Positions 1-13,690 of a stretch of DNA of 64,000 nt are shown here, in pieces (the first letter of the stretch is position 1; each line of letters begins with the position of its first letter). The position numbers and the translations under genes were made by a program. Source of the DNA: Octopus vulgaris (Eukaryota). The DNA lies in the NCBI GenBank assembly GCA_951406725.2, contig OX597836.1, forward strand, positions 18,352,001-18,416,000, written 5' to 3'. The notes beneath the pieces were generated by a model that made no database searches, was not told where the DNA came from, and worked only from the letters and a program-made list of their open reading frames with translations.

Positions 1-714
1 TACTGCGGTCGATACATTCGACAAAAGAACTGGGTTCGATTAGTTCAACAAAGGCTTCAGTTTAATAACTGAAAGAAGCAACTGCCTGTACTCCTAAAGT
101 ACTTTGTCATTCCTCCATTAATTCACTTTTTTCTTTTACTTTTAAAAGTTATTCTACGAAAAAGACCATGGTAACCTCGGTCAACATTGTTATATGTTAC
201 CACATTTGTTTGCAAGTGGGCTGCACACAGATAGAACAAATTACAAGGTAGAGCTTTTCTTTTGAAGGTTTAAAAAAAAAAAAAAAAAAAAAGGAAGGGG
301 AATTTCGATCAAAAGGGATCGTAAAAGGAGAGAAAGAGGACAAAAAAAGGGGGGTTAAAAAAAAGGGGGAGAGGAAAAAAAAAAAATTGATCAATAGGGA
401 TCGTTTTCAATTTCTGGGTTCATAGGACTATACTCAAGGTGGCTTCGTCATTAATACGAAATTCGAACCAAATACCAAAAGCACTTCATTGGACATTCCA
501 AATGTCACGTGCTCTATTCCTCTTCCGTCTCTTCCTCGTCCTATCCCCTCCTCCGGATAATTAATTCATGTTTTATTTTCTTTGTTTGTTCTTTTCATTA
601 TTTGGGTTTTTGCATATTTGTCTTTTTTTAGGTTTGTACATGTATTCCAATATGTATGTGTTTGTATGCGTACATATATGTATGTGCATGTATACATGTA
701 TATATGTATGCATG

Positions 715-838
715 TTTATGCGTGTGTGTGTCTATATATGCAAGTGTATATACGTGCATGTGACCGTGCATGTATATGTGTGTTTGTATGCATATGTGTG
801 TATACATATATGTGGGTATCTGTGCATGTGAGTGCTTG

Positions 839-922
<84 letters not shown>

Positions 923-1072
923 TGTATGTATGTATGTTTGTGTGTATGTGTTTATGTGTGTGTGTCTATATATGCAAGTGTATATACGTGCATGTGACCG
1001 TGCATGTATATGTGTGTTTGTATGCATATGTGTGTATACATATATGTGGGTATCTGTGCATGTTAGTGCTTG

Positions 1073-1130
<58 letters not shown>
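715..1130. repeat. Direct duplication (~238-bp period) within a compound TA/TG/TATG microsatellite
   Basis: GTCTATATATGCAAGTG…GTGGGTATCTGTGCATG…GTGCTTGTA occurs at ~730-840 and ~964-1074. Confidence 0.9.
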
Positions 1131-1132
<2 letters not shown>

Positions 1133-1282
1133 CACATGCATATACACGCAGATATGTATGTATGTATGTATGAATACGAGTGTGTATAAATTGTGCTTGT
1201 GTTTAAGAATGTTTATTTTTGTGTGCATGTTAGTCTACGTGTGTTACTACTCATACTACCACTACTACTGCTGCTGCTGCTG

Positions 1283-1317
<35 letters not shown>

Positions 1318-1740
1318 GCTACTACTATTCCAGTTAATGACTATTTTAACTTCCTCCTGGAGTTTCGCTATTAATATTTTAACAAGATTTTCTCTTCGTT
1401 TCGGATTCAATTATTTACATTTTCCTGTCGAAAGTTTTTTCTGATGAATGTTTCTAATGAATCTGAAGAACCCGATTCCATCCTTCATATTAGATACACC
1501 ACCGACATGCCATTCGACACACCGTTCATATCTCCCCCATCGTTCTTTGATTTTCGTGGTAGCATTCTTGTCGAGGTTTCCTTCTCCGCCACCTCGATAC
1601 GTTACTTCTCTATAACGACAACTAGAACAACGTGGTTGTCTTGTACTGACTGGAATATTTTATGCGTTTGGACATTTATGCGTGAATTCTTCATTGGGAT
1701 CACTTGTTATTGTAAAGATCATTATTATTACTATTTACTA

Positions 1741-1959
1741 TTTTACTATTTTACTTGTTTCAGTCATTTGACTGCGGCCATGCTGGAGCACCGCCTTTAA
1801 TCGAGCAACTCGACCCCGGGACTTATTATTTTGTAAGCCCAGTACTTATTCTATCGGTCTCTTTTGCCGAACCGCTAAGTAATGGGGACATAAACACATC
1901 AGCATCGGTTGTCAAGCAATGCAAGGGGGACAAACACAGACACACAAATACACACACAT

Positions 1960-1992
<33 letters not shown>

Positions 1993-2164
1993 CATATATA
2001 CGACGGGCTTCTTTCAGTTTCCGTCTACCAAATCCACTCACAGGGCATTGGTCGGCCCGGGGCTATAGCAGAAGACACTTGCCCAAGATGCCACGCAGTG
2101 GGACTGAACCCGGAACCATGTAGTTGGTTAGCAAGCTACTTACCACATAGCCACTCCTGCGCCT
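1741..2164 (-). mobile_element. SINE family A (tRNA head, CORE-like TTGGGCAAGTGTCTT, internal TA/CA microsatellite, TAAAAGAG-type tail)
   Basis: Minus strand: A box TGGCTATGTGG, B box GGTTCAGTCCC. Near-identical copies elsewhere in the window. Confidence 0.92.
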
Positions 2165-2404
2165 TATTATTGTCGTTGTTGCAACCGCAACCCCGATCTT
2201 TTATCTTTTACTTGTTTAACTCATTAACCTGCGGTCATGCTGGAGCACAGAATTAAAGAATTTTTAGTCGAAGGCATCGACCCCAGTCCTGATTTTTATT
2301 CCAAGCACGGCACTTATTCCACCGGTCTCTTTTTGGCAAACTGCAAGATTACGGGGGACATAAACACACCAATACTAGTTGTAAAGCGGTAGTAGGGGAC
2401 AAAC

Positions 2405-2634
2405 GGCGGCGAGCTGGCAGAAACGTTAGCACGCCGGGCGAAATGCTTAGCGGTATTTAGTCTGCGTTACGTTGTGAGTTCAAATTCTGCCGAGGTCGAC
2501 TTTGCCTTTCATCCTTTCGGGGTCGATAAATTAAGTACAATTTACGCACTGGGGTCGATGTAATCGATTTAATACCTATGTCTGTCCTTGTTTGTCCCCT
2601 CTGTGTTTAGCCCCTTGTGGGTAGTAAAGAAATA
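2405..2634 (+). mobile_element. SINE family B (tRNA-like head, Meta/MESC-like core GTCGACTTTGCCTTTCATCCTTTCGGGGTCGATAAA) nested in an old family A copy
   Basis: 17-bp TSD GGTAGTA(G/T)GGGACAAAC at 2388-2404 and 2635-2651. The domain name is from recalled consensus. Confidence 0.9.
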
Positions 2635-3066
2635 GGTAGTATGGGACAAACACGTTTTTGTTCATATTTAAATTTTTTTTTTTGTGTGTGTGTGTATTGT
2701 GTAGGCATTATTTAAGTTACTTATAAATATTAAAAGGTGAATAAGTATGCATGGACAGTTGCATATAGGGGTACATATTACATTTACGTGCTTACTGTGC
2801 AATTGGTGTGTTACTTCCGTTGTCCCTGGTACTGGTTTCGACTTTTGTCGTATGTCCTATTAAGATACCGCACATTTGAAAAAGTAGCTACACTTCATAT
2901 AGCAAAAATCTTTCCGAATTTTAGCTGCTTTGCTTTAACAGAACTTTGTACATAGTTGTATTGCGACGTTTTCCTTCCACCGCGCTCATGTTATTCGATT
3001 AAACTTCTTTTGTGGGGAGTGTATCTTAGCGTATGTACACGTTGTTCTTTAACACGGAACTGTTCC

Positions 3067-3446
<380 letters not shown>

Positions 3447-3849
3447 TGGCAGAATAATTTTTTCTGCCCCAAAAAATAAAACTTGCGGTATTTGTTCCGC
3501 TTCTTTGCATTCCGATTTCAAATCAAACCCATATGAACATCGATTACATTTTTTCGGGCGTCGATAAAATGTGTTGCCACTGGAATAACAGAGATCGATA
3601 GTGGAGACATCACTTCCTCTAAAAACTGCCATCTTCTACCTGAATTACTAACAAATCTTACTGGGATGAGGGGATGCAGAATCGGCGGAGAGCAAGAAAA
3701 TGATTACTGAGGAAAATAGTGATGAATGAACCTGAATTTGTAACAGCTGATAATGTAAAATAGATAAAGTCGACCAAGTTTTATATGTGGGCATGCGTGT
3801 GTGTGTATATATGTGTATGCATGTATGTATGTATATATATATATATATA

Positions 3850-4221
3850 TATAATAAATATTAGGGAATAAATCCAAATTTACAGGGAAAAAATCAGATT
3901 TAGGATTAAATCCAATTTTATAGTAAAATATTATATAATATTAATTAGAGACAAAACCACTATTTTGCAAAACAAACAATGAAAGACTTAATCAATACAT
4001 AAAATTTTAATAAAAAGTAAAAAAACCGCCACTACAATTGTTTCATGTCTTCTAATGACAATCTTCATAAATTGAAATTGATTTATCGGAAATCCACCTG
4101 AAAATTGTCATTAGAAGACATGAAACAATTGTAGTGGCGGTTTTTTTACTTTTTATTAAAATTTTATGTATTGATTAAGTCTTTCATTGTTTGTTTTGCA
4201 AAATAGTGGTTTTATCTCTAA

Positions 4222-4234
<13 letters not shown>
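3850..4234. mobile_element. Fold-back PLE-type terminus: ~135-bp inverted repeat (3932-4067 / 4099-4234) with hammerhead-like motif
   Basis: Near-perfect arms with a 31-bp spacer. 4094-4137(+) reads ccac-CUGAAAA(UGAAGA in left arm)-UUGUC…GACAU-GAAAC-AAUU-GUA-gugg. Flanked by (TA)n. Confidence 0.75.
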
Positions 4235-4290
<56 letters not shown>

Positions 4291-4435
4291 TGTGTGCGTT
4301 TGTGTGCGTAGATGTATGAAAGTACATATGTATATAATATGCATATATAAATATATAAGCACTTGCATACGTATATATATAAATAATAATAATAGAATAA
4401 TATATATATATACATATATAAATGTAAATGTAAAA

Positions 4436-4641
4436 AAAATACAAACTGGGACAAGAACGTAAAACATTTAGAAGACGATACAAAAAACACGGACGGGACA
4501 TTCGAAGCCTTCAATCTTCAATCAAGAACCGGATCATCTTCGCAATTTCGGCTGATTAATCTTGAGATTGCTCCGATCTGGCCAGCCCCAAAGGAAAATC
4601 TAAGCCAGGCGTATTAGATTCCTTCAAAGAAAGCCTCGAAT
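4436..4641 (-). mobile_element. Solo repeat of family E
   Basis: Reverse complement of 47120-47325 at high identity. Confidence 0.85.
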
Positions 4642-4705
<64 letters not shown>

Positions 4706-4899
4706 TTTATATATATATTGTATATACATACATACATATATATATATTATATATATATTATATGTATACATATATATATTTAATATATATATTTATATAT
4801 TATAATGTATAATATTATATTATATTATATTATATATATATTTTTTTATTTTTATTTTATCTAGTTTCAGCTCACCAGCTGTGGCCATGCTGGGGCACC

Positions 4900-4939
<40 letters not shown>

Positions 4940-4942
<3 letters not shown>

Positions 4943-5319
4943 GGGTATTCAAAAAGAATGAACCAATTTCATTACGCGGTATTTTAATAAGGAAAAGCAA
5001 TAGAAAACTCCACCTAAGACACAAGTATTTACTCACAATCAACTTTTATTTCCTGTCTTACAAGTGTTCAATGTGACCACCACCTGCAGCACGGGCAACA
5101 TCAACGCGATAAGAGAATTCTTCCCAGACGCGTATCTGTTTAACCTGCCAGATCCCCAGACCTCACTGTGTTTGATTTTCTGGTTGTGGGCATGTGTAAG
5201 AGATCGCGTTTATATTCCACCGCTACCCACTAACCTCGATGACCTTAAACATCGAATAACAACAGCGATCAACTCAGATCGTGATATGCTGATACGCGTC
5301 TGGGAGGAATTCTCATACA

Positions 5320-5320
<1 letters not shown>
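4940..5320. mobile_element. Rearranged Tc1/mariner-superfamily remnant (SPDLxxxDF type, DD37D/DD41D-like)
   Basis: TIR TA|CAGGGGTATTCAAAAAGAATG. Minus strand 5134-5059 encodes RVWEEFSYRVDVARAAGGGHIEHL*. Plus strand 5144-5318 encodes PARSPDLT.FDF…VRDRVYIPPLPTNLDDLKHRITTAINS…RVWEEFSY. Confidence 0.85.
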
Positions 5321-5391
<71 letters not shown>

Positions 5392-5394
<3 letters not shown>

Positions 5395-5581
5395 GGAGTA
5401 AACACACAAATGTGAAACAAGGTTGAAAAAAGAGTACTCAAATACCAATGGTAGAGTAAAATGCTTTATTTAAAAGCAGCAGAAAATTCAACAAACCCGG
5501 TTACTCTGAGTTTCACGTTCCCGACGTGAAACTCAGAGTAACACATTTTGTTGAATTTTCTACTGCTTTTAAATAAAGTAT
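5392..5581. mobile_element. Fold-back PLE-type terminus with ~58-bp arms (hairpin centred near 5522)
   Basis: GCTTTATTTAAAAGCAGCAGAAAATTCAACAAA…GTTACTCTGAGTTTCACGT-tcccg-ACGTGAAACTCAGAGTAAC…TTTGTTGAATTTTCTACTGCTTTTAAATAAAGT. Contains a GAAAC-UCAGA-GUA half-hammerhead. Confidence 0.65.
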
Positions 5582-5582
5582 A

Positions 5583-5695
<113 letters not shown>

Positions 5696-6408
5696 TAATA
5701 ATAATAATAATGATAATAATAATAACGATGATGATAATAGTAATAATCTATATTATATATATATATATATATATATTATACATATATGTGTGTGTGTGTG
5801 TGTGTGCGTACATAAATAGATACATACATGCATACAAATACACGTACAAACACGTACATACGTAAATACACACATAGATAAATACCCAGACATACTTCTG
5901 TAAGCGTTTAATGTGTGTAATATCTTTTAAGTTTTTAATTAATTCTGACTACTTTGATTAAACATTGCAATTGCATCGAAGTAGTAAATTCAAACATATA
6001 CCGAAAAATTCATTTTTACTAAATACGTCGAATCCAAACACTTGATAAATTATTGAATGGAAACCACGGAATACTGATGTTTAAATATCTTGATTTTACT
6101 TCTTTTTATTTTTTTTTTTTTTATTTTTATTCTTGGTATTTCTAATTATTTAGAAATATTGCCGCGGCTGAATTTAATATTTGATGATTCCTGTGTAAAA
6201 TTTAACCGCTTCATTTGTCTTTATGGAGTTAAAAATAGTTTTGGGAAAATATTATGCAATTTCTACACACCTTTTATATAAGCATCAATCAACTTGTTTC
6301 TCGGTAAATGTATACCATGCGAAAGCATAAGTATCATTATCTACCTTTTTGAAGTTAAAAGTAAAATTTCAAATGGAATTACTACGAGCCGCGGGTGTGT
6401 GTATGTGC

Positions 6409-6473
<65 letters not shown>

Positions 6474-6699
6474 TGTGTGTGTGTGCCTTTGTGTCTTTGT
6501 TTGATCCCCTACTACCGCTCGACAACCGCTGTTGGTTTATTTACCCCATAACTTAGTAATTCGGCAAAAGAGACCGATAAAATAATTACATCGCTTTAAA
6601 AAATTTGCACTCGGATCACCTTGTACGATTAAAATTCTTCAAAGCAGTGACCCAGCATGGCCGCAATCCAATAACTGAAACAAATAAATGATAAACAGA

Positions 6700-7115
6700 C
6701 TATACATACCAACATACATATACATACATATACATACATACATACATACGTACGTACGTACATACATACGCACATACATACATACATACATACATACATA
6801 CATACATACATACATACATACATACGTACGTACGTACGTACGTACATACATACATACATACATACATACAAACATACATACATACATACATACATACATA
6901 CGTACGTACGTACGTACATGCATACATACATACAAACATACATACATACATACAAACATACATACATGCAAGCACATACAAACATACATACATACATACA
7001 TACAAACATATATACAAACATACATACATTCATACATACAAACATACATACATACATACATACAAACATACATGCATTCATACATACAAACATACATACA
7101 TACATACGTACGTAC

Positions 7116-7146
<31 letters not shown>

Positions 7147-7179
7147 CATACATACATACATACATACATACGTACGTAC

Positions 7180-7210
<31 letters not shown>

Positions 7211-7245
7211 CATACATACATACATACATACATACATACATGTAT
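6700..7245. repeat. (TACA)n array
   Basis: Direct reading. Confidence 0.97.
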
Positions 7246-7892
7246 ACGGCGGGATTCCTCACAATTTCCGTCTTACCAAATTCCCTCACAATACATTGGT
7301 GGGCACCGGACTATAGCACATGACATTTGTTTATTATTGTCACACAGTGGGAGTGAACCTGAAAACCTATGGTTGCAAAACGAGCCTCTTAACCATACAG
7401 CCATGCTTGCGTCGGTTGATACAAGTCGTTTGCATTTAATTCCGAACCACTTGTTCTTTTATTATGGGCGTGAATCTAGCAACATCCTTTCACGCTTGAG
7501 GATATAAAGTATCTGTTACAAATGGAAGCTATACAACTGAATCCAGAGTCGCCCGATGAAGCCGGAGAGCAAAACACTAACAAGATCTCATCACCAAACC
7601 CGAGATTTAAATAAAGGTTTAACCTACTATGCACCGATATTGTACATTGTCTCTGTTTATTATTGATGTGCAAACATAGGCATGGATATATAGTTGTGTA
7701 AGGGGCTAAAACATTTTGCTTATGCTATGGGTGGGCGGAGGGGTGTATGTATGTATCTATACACATATATGAGAATACCATATGTGTGTCTTAACGTAAA
7801 TGCATAAGTGACAGGTAATATACAATATATATGTAAATATATACAAATATATACATAAACATATGCATGCATGTGTGTGTACATATATATAC

Positions 7893-7923
<31 letters not shown>

Positions 7924-7924
7924 C

Positions 7925-7991
<67 letters not shown>

Positions 7992-8163
7992 TATACACAT
8001 ACATATATATACACACATATACATATATATACATATGCACATATACATAAATACACACACATCCATATATATGAATATATATATACCTACATAAACATGT
8101 ACATATATGCCATCATTATATCGTACTTAATATATACACGCTACTGACAGGCTAAATACCAAT

Positions 8164-8282
<119 letters not shown>

Positions 8283-8850
8283 ATTACATGTGCATATTTA
8301 GGAATATGTATGTGTGTATACGCACATACATAAGTATAAATATACATGCATATATGTATACATATGTATATATGTATACATATGTGTGTGCGTTCTTGTG
8401 TTTGTATGTATACGCAAGTATATATGCTTAGACATATATATTCATTAGATATATATTACGGTATATAAATATATATATTACGGTATATAAATGTCTAAGC
8501 ATATATACTTGCGTATACATACAAACACAAAAGCATACTCACACATATGTAGACATATATACATATGTATTCATATATGCATGTATACATATATTATACA
8601 TGTGTATATATATATGTATGTATATAAACATGTATATATATTATATACTTTGAAATACTTGTGTATATACAGGATTGTCAGTGTTAGGGATGATATCCAC
8701 TCAGCCAACACATGTTTGGCAGTCAATGCGTGTACGTTTATTTGCGTGTCTATATATATATTTGTGTCTGTATGCATATGTATGTACGTGTATATATATA
8801 TATGTGTGTGAGTGTGTGTGCGTGTGTGCGTGTGTATGTATGTATGTACG

Positions 8851-8884
<34 letters not shown>

Positions 8885-8898
8885 TGTATGTATGTATG

Positions 8899-8930
<32 letters not shown>

Positions 8931-9003
8931 TGTACGTATATATGTATGCATATGTATGTATATATGTATATATGTATATGTATGTATTATGTATGTATGT
9001 ACG

Positions 9004-9037
<34 letters not shown>

Positions 9038-9412
9038 TGTATGTATGTATGTATGTATGTATGTATTTACGTATGTATGTTTGTATGGGTGCCTGTGTGA
9101 ATGCGTACGTATATGTGTGCGCATGTGTGATTCACTGTGTCAAATTCCTTAAATAATAGACCATTGTAGAAGAGATTCAAGAAATAAAATTTTTGAAATT
9201 TTCCTCTAATGGAAATCTAGACTTTCCAGAAGATTCTCCTCGATGGAAGCCAACCAAAAAAACTGACAATAATGATTCATTTCCAAATTTCCTCCAAACC
9301 TAATTATCGAGGTGACACATGAATATACCATATTGTGATAAATTTACACAGGTGAAAAACGGCTTTCTTGTTGTTGGTGTTGTTGTCGTTGCTGTTATGA
9401 TAACAGCAACAA

Positions 9413-10031
9413 GTGGAGGCGCAATGGCCCAGTGGTTAGGGCAGCGGACTCGCGGTCAGAGGATCGCGGTTTCGATTCCCAGACCATAAGGCGGCGAGTT
9501 GGCAGAAACATTAGCACGCCGGGCGAAATGCTTAGCGGTATTTTGTCTGCCGCTACGTTCTAAGTTCAAATTCTGCCGAGGTCGACTTTGCCTTTCATCC
9601 TTCCGGGGTCGATAAATTAAGTACCATTTACGCACTGGGGTCGATGTAATCGACTTAATACCTATGTCTGTCCTTATTTGTCCCCTCTATGTTTAGCCCC
9701 TTGTGGGTAATACAGAAAGACCAGGCGTTGTGTGTGTTTATTGAGCGAAAACACCTAAAGCACCTCGAGGCTCCGGCCGGGGGTTGGCGGGGTGGCGACC
9801 CCTGTTGTACTCTTTCGCTCCAACTTTCTCTCCCTCTTCTTCCTGTTTCTTCTCCCCGACTTCCTACGCAACCGCTGAGCCTGGATGCGCATTCATCCAT
9901 CCGTTGATGCCCTCGGGGTCGGGGGTTGACCTGCTTTCTCTTCTGTGGGTCTTACGAATAGCAAAGGACCACGTTTCGGACTTCTCCCACTAGCTCTGGG
10001 ACGAAGACCGCTTCGCTCAACAAACAAAACA
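9413..10031 (+). mobile_element. SINE family C (tRNA-Arg-like head), tail type 1
   Basis: GGAGGCGCAATGGCCCAGTGGTTAGGGCAGCGGACTCGCGGTC…GTTTCGATTCCC. TSD AACAGCAACAA at 9402-9412 and 10032-10042. Confidence 0.9.
9487..9717 (+). mobile_element. SINE family B nested in SINE family C
   Basis: TSD AGACCA at 9481-9486 and 9718-9723. Confidence 0.9.
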
Positions 10032-10068
10032 AACAGCAACAACAATAATATTAATAATAATAGTAGCA

Positions 10069-10139
<71 letters not shown>

Positions 10140-10140
<1 letters not shown>

Positions 10141-10438
10141 GAGTCAGAGAGCAATGCAAGCCACCAAAGTGACACTGGGGTAAAATATACGAAGCCCAAT
10201 ATACCCATCATGACTAACCCATCTGATAAGGGTACACCAGGCACATGCATCACAACACTATGTGCGCGACATAGTGATCTTATATCAAGATAAACAGCAC
10301 ATGACTTTGGAGGTGGCTCCCAGTTAGAAATTTCTTCTGGTCGAGTAACCCATCCCGCTCAAAAGGTCCCTAAATAAGGGTTATTTAAGGATGTTGAACG
10401 AAACACCCATGTTTCCAGAGGTGGATTATTCAAACCCA

Positions 10439-10482
<44 letters not shown>

Positions 10483-11010
10483 CATTATTATTATTATTAT
10501 TAATATTATCATCATCAACATCATCATCATTATTATGATTATTGAGTTAGCGAGCAATGCATGTCAAGAATGTGACATTGGGGTAAAATATACGAAGCCC
10601 GGTACACCGATCATGACAACCCGTCTGATAAGGGTACACCAGGCACATGCATCACGACCATAAGTGCGCGACATAGTGATCTCATATCAAGAGCGCATGA
10701 CCTTGCAGGTGGGGCTCAGTTAGAATTTTCTTCAGGCCGACGAGCCTATCCCGCTCAAAAGTTGTTTAAAGACGTTGAACCAAACTCGCTTCCGGAGGTG
10801 AATTATCCAAGCCTTAAAGAATTCCTCACGACACATGGCTATGATGCTCTCCCAGTACTTCTACTCGTGATCAGAAGTACCGATCGTCAGCCACTAAGGG
10901 ACCTGCTCAAATGGTTAATATCAAACAACTGACAAACCATTCTGTGGTATTGAGTAGAATATTTGTTGTACCCATCTTTTACACCAAGACAAAACAATAT
11001 ACACAGGGGT
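10140..11010 (-). mobile_element. Two tandem copies (10140-10440; 10541-11010) of a non-coding element ending in (AAT)n, possibly Dong-related 3' UTR or non-autonomous partner
   Basis: About 300 bp of clear homology between the copies (GTGACACTGGGGTAAAATATACGAAGCCC…). Each is bounded by TAT/TAA arrays. Confidence 0.7.
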
Positions 11011-11055
11011 CTGCGTATCTGTTTCTCACTCCTCCCAGTAAACACACACACACAA

Positions 11056-11104
<49 letters not shown>

Positions 11105-11124
11105 CATATATGTATATATATATT

Positions 11125-11166
<42 letters not shown>

Positions 11167-11248
11167 AATGTATATATATATATATATATATAAATACATA
11201 TATGTATATATATGTATGTATGTATGTACTATGTATGTATGTATATAT

Positions 11249-11283
<35 letters not shown>

Positions 11284-11300
11284 TACATACATACATATAT

Positions 11301-11339
<39 letters not shown>

Positions 11340-11594
11340 TATAACTCGAGCTTTTCGCAATTTCGGTCTACCAAATTCACTCGCAAGACTATGATCGGCC
11401 TGATGGTATAGTAGGAGATGAAAACTTGCCAAGGGTACCACTCAGTGGGATTGAACCCGTAAACATGTGTTTACAATCCTCTTATTATACATCCACACTT
11501 GTGCTTATGTATTTATTCAACTATTATAATGCCTTGCCGTAGTTGAAATATGAAAGAAAGCGCAGTGTTTTTGTACTGTTGATGCAGGAATAAT

Positions 11595-11980
11595 TGGAAG
11601 CACTCCGTCGGTTACGACGATGAGGGCTCCGGTTGATCCGAATCAACGGAACAGCCTGCTCGTGGAATTAACATGTAAGTGGCTGAGCACTCCACAGACA
11701 CGTGTACCCTTAACGTAGTTCTCAGGGATATTCAGCGTGACACAGAGAGTGACAAGACCGGCCCCTTGAAATACAGGTACAACAGAAACAGGAAGTAAGA
11801 GTGACAGAAAGTTGTGGTGAAAGAGTACAGCAGGGATCACCACCATCCCCTGCCGGAGCCTCGTGGAGCTTTTAGGTGTTTTCGCTCAATAAACACTCAC
11901 AACGCCCTGTCTGGGAGTCGAAACCGCGATCCTACGACCGCGAGTCCGCTGCCCGAACCACTGGGCCATTGCGCCCCCAC
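11595..11980 (-). mobile_element. SINE family C, tail type 2
   Basis: Same head. TSD TGCAGGAATAAT at 11583-11594 and 11981-11992. Confidence 0.9.
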
Positions 11981-12007
11981 TGCAGGAATAATAGTACAGA
12001 AAGAATA

Positions 12008-12407
12008 TACTCTTTACTTGTTTCAGTCATTTGACTGTGGCCATGCTGGAGCACCGCCTTTAGTCGAGCAATTCCGCCCCAGGACTTATTCTTTGTAAGC
12101 CAAGTACTTATTCTATCGGTATCTTTTGCCGAACCGCTCTGTTACGGTGACTTAAACACACCAGCATCGGTTGTCAAGCGATGTTGGGTGGGGACAAACA
12201 CAGACATACAAACATATACACACACATATATATATACATATATACGACGGGCTTCTATCAGTTTCCGTCTACCAAATCCACTCACACGGCCTTGGTCGGT
12301 CAGAGGCTATAGTAGAAGACACTTGCCCAAGGTTCCACGCAGTGGGACTGAACCCGGAACCATGTGGTTGGTAAAACAAGCTACTTACCACACAGCCACT
12401 CCTACGC
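12008..12407 (-). mobile_element. SINE family A
   Basis: Full-length homology to 1741-2164. Confidence 0.92.
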
Positions 12408-12793
12408 AAAGAAAATATGCCTAAATTCTCATGTAACCCTAGGAGGGCTTTATATTTATTTCAGGTATTTTTTTATATTTTATCTTTCGTTGTGTATAAA
12501 ATACATATAGAGATCTCTGTTGAAGAAACTATTAGATGTCCTTATACACCGCTGATCACAATGCTCCTACTTACGTTGTTGTGCATTCAAATGCTGCTAC
12601 CCCACTGGTCAGGTGGACAAGTCAACACTCTCCACTGAATTGGAACGCCAATCCAACCCAGAGTCACAGATTTACTGTTGAATGATCTGGAGCAACGCGA
12701 ACAAAGCTCTGCTACTTGTGAATCGAAATCATGTTCTTGCGCTCGTCATTCGTACATACTTACACATATTGTACACATACGCACACACAGACG

Positions 12794-12832
<39 letters not shown>

Positions 12833-12911
12833 ACATATATATATATATATATATATATGCATGTATGTGTGTAAGTACGTGTGTATGGACACAAGAAACA
12901 TACGGATATAT

Positions 12912-12953
<42 letters not shown>

Positions 12954-13128
12954 GTTTAAATATTTGTTGTGCAAGATTTTTTATGTGAAGTCGTGTGTTG
13001 AAACAGATATTGTTATATTTCGGAATGGTCATATTGCCAGTTTAGCCAATAAAAACACACGCACTATATATTTGGTGTTATTTTGCTTCAGTGATATTTA
13101 TTTTTTACATTAATCTTAATCTTATTTT

Positions 13129-13173
13129 GGCCAAAGTTCTTTCGTCACACTCCTGTGACCGCATCAGTGGTCC
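13129..13173 (-). ncRNA. Mirror copy of variant hammerhead motif in left PLE arm
   Basis: Exact reverse complement of 16340-16384. Confidence 0.6.
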
Positions 13174-13690
13174 TTTGTTTTCTTCTCACTTACTTGTGTC
13201 TCTCCTTACTAACCGTCAGCCATTTTGTATTTCTATTGTATGTCTTCATTTGCGCATGCTTATATCTCTATGTGCGTCTATGTTTATTTAGTGTGTGGGG
13301 GGGATGTCTGTAATATTTGTATCTTCTGGTTATATACATTCTTGTAATTTGTATTTTGTTTTTGTTGTTGTTGCTTTTGTTCTAATTTTGTTCATGTGTT
13401 TACATCCACCCATTATTATCATTACATATGCTTGTATGTATGTATAACAACAATATTAGTAATAATAATAATAAATCTAATCGAGAAAAAAAAAAAAAAA
13501 AAAAAAAGAATATACATATACACATATATATATATACATACATATACATATACATATATATATATACATATATACACACACATATACACATATACATATA
13601 CATATATATACACATATACATACATATAGATATTCATTTCTATTTCTTTAATTACCTGTGTATTTATTATGTTTGCAGGATCCACTATTG

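Noticed and set aside
255-395. Purine homopolymer-rich stretch and 65-aa F-rich ORF
   Set aside because: The runs of A and G look like low-quality sequence or decayed poly-purine. No feature is supportable.
7480-7615. Short open frame QHPFTLEDIKYLLQMEAIQLNPESPDEAGEQ…
   Set aside because: Weak acceptor context, no recognisable homology and no partner exons.
9413-9486. tRNA-Arg-like sequences (also 11905-11980, 22035-22105, 22772-22845)
   Set aside because: They continue into SINE bodies bounded by TSDs and have imperfect cloverleaves, so they are SINE heads and not tRNA genes.
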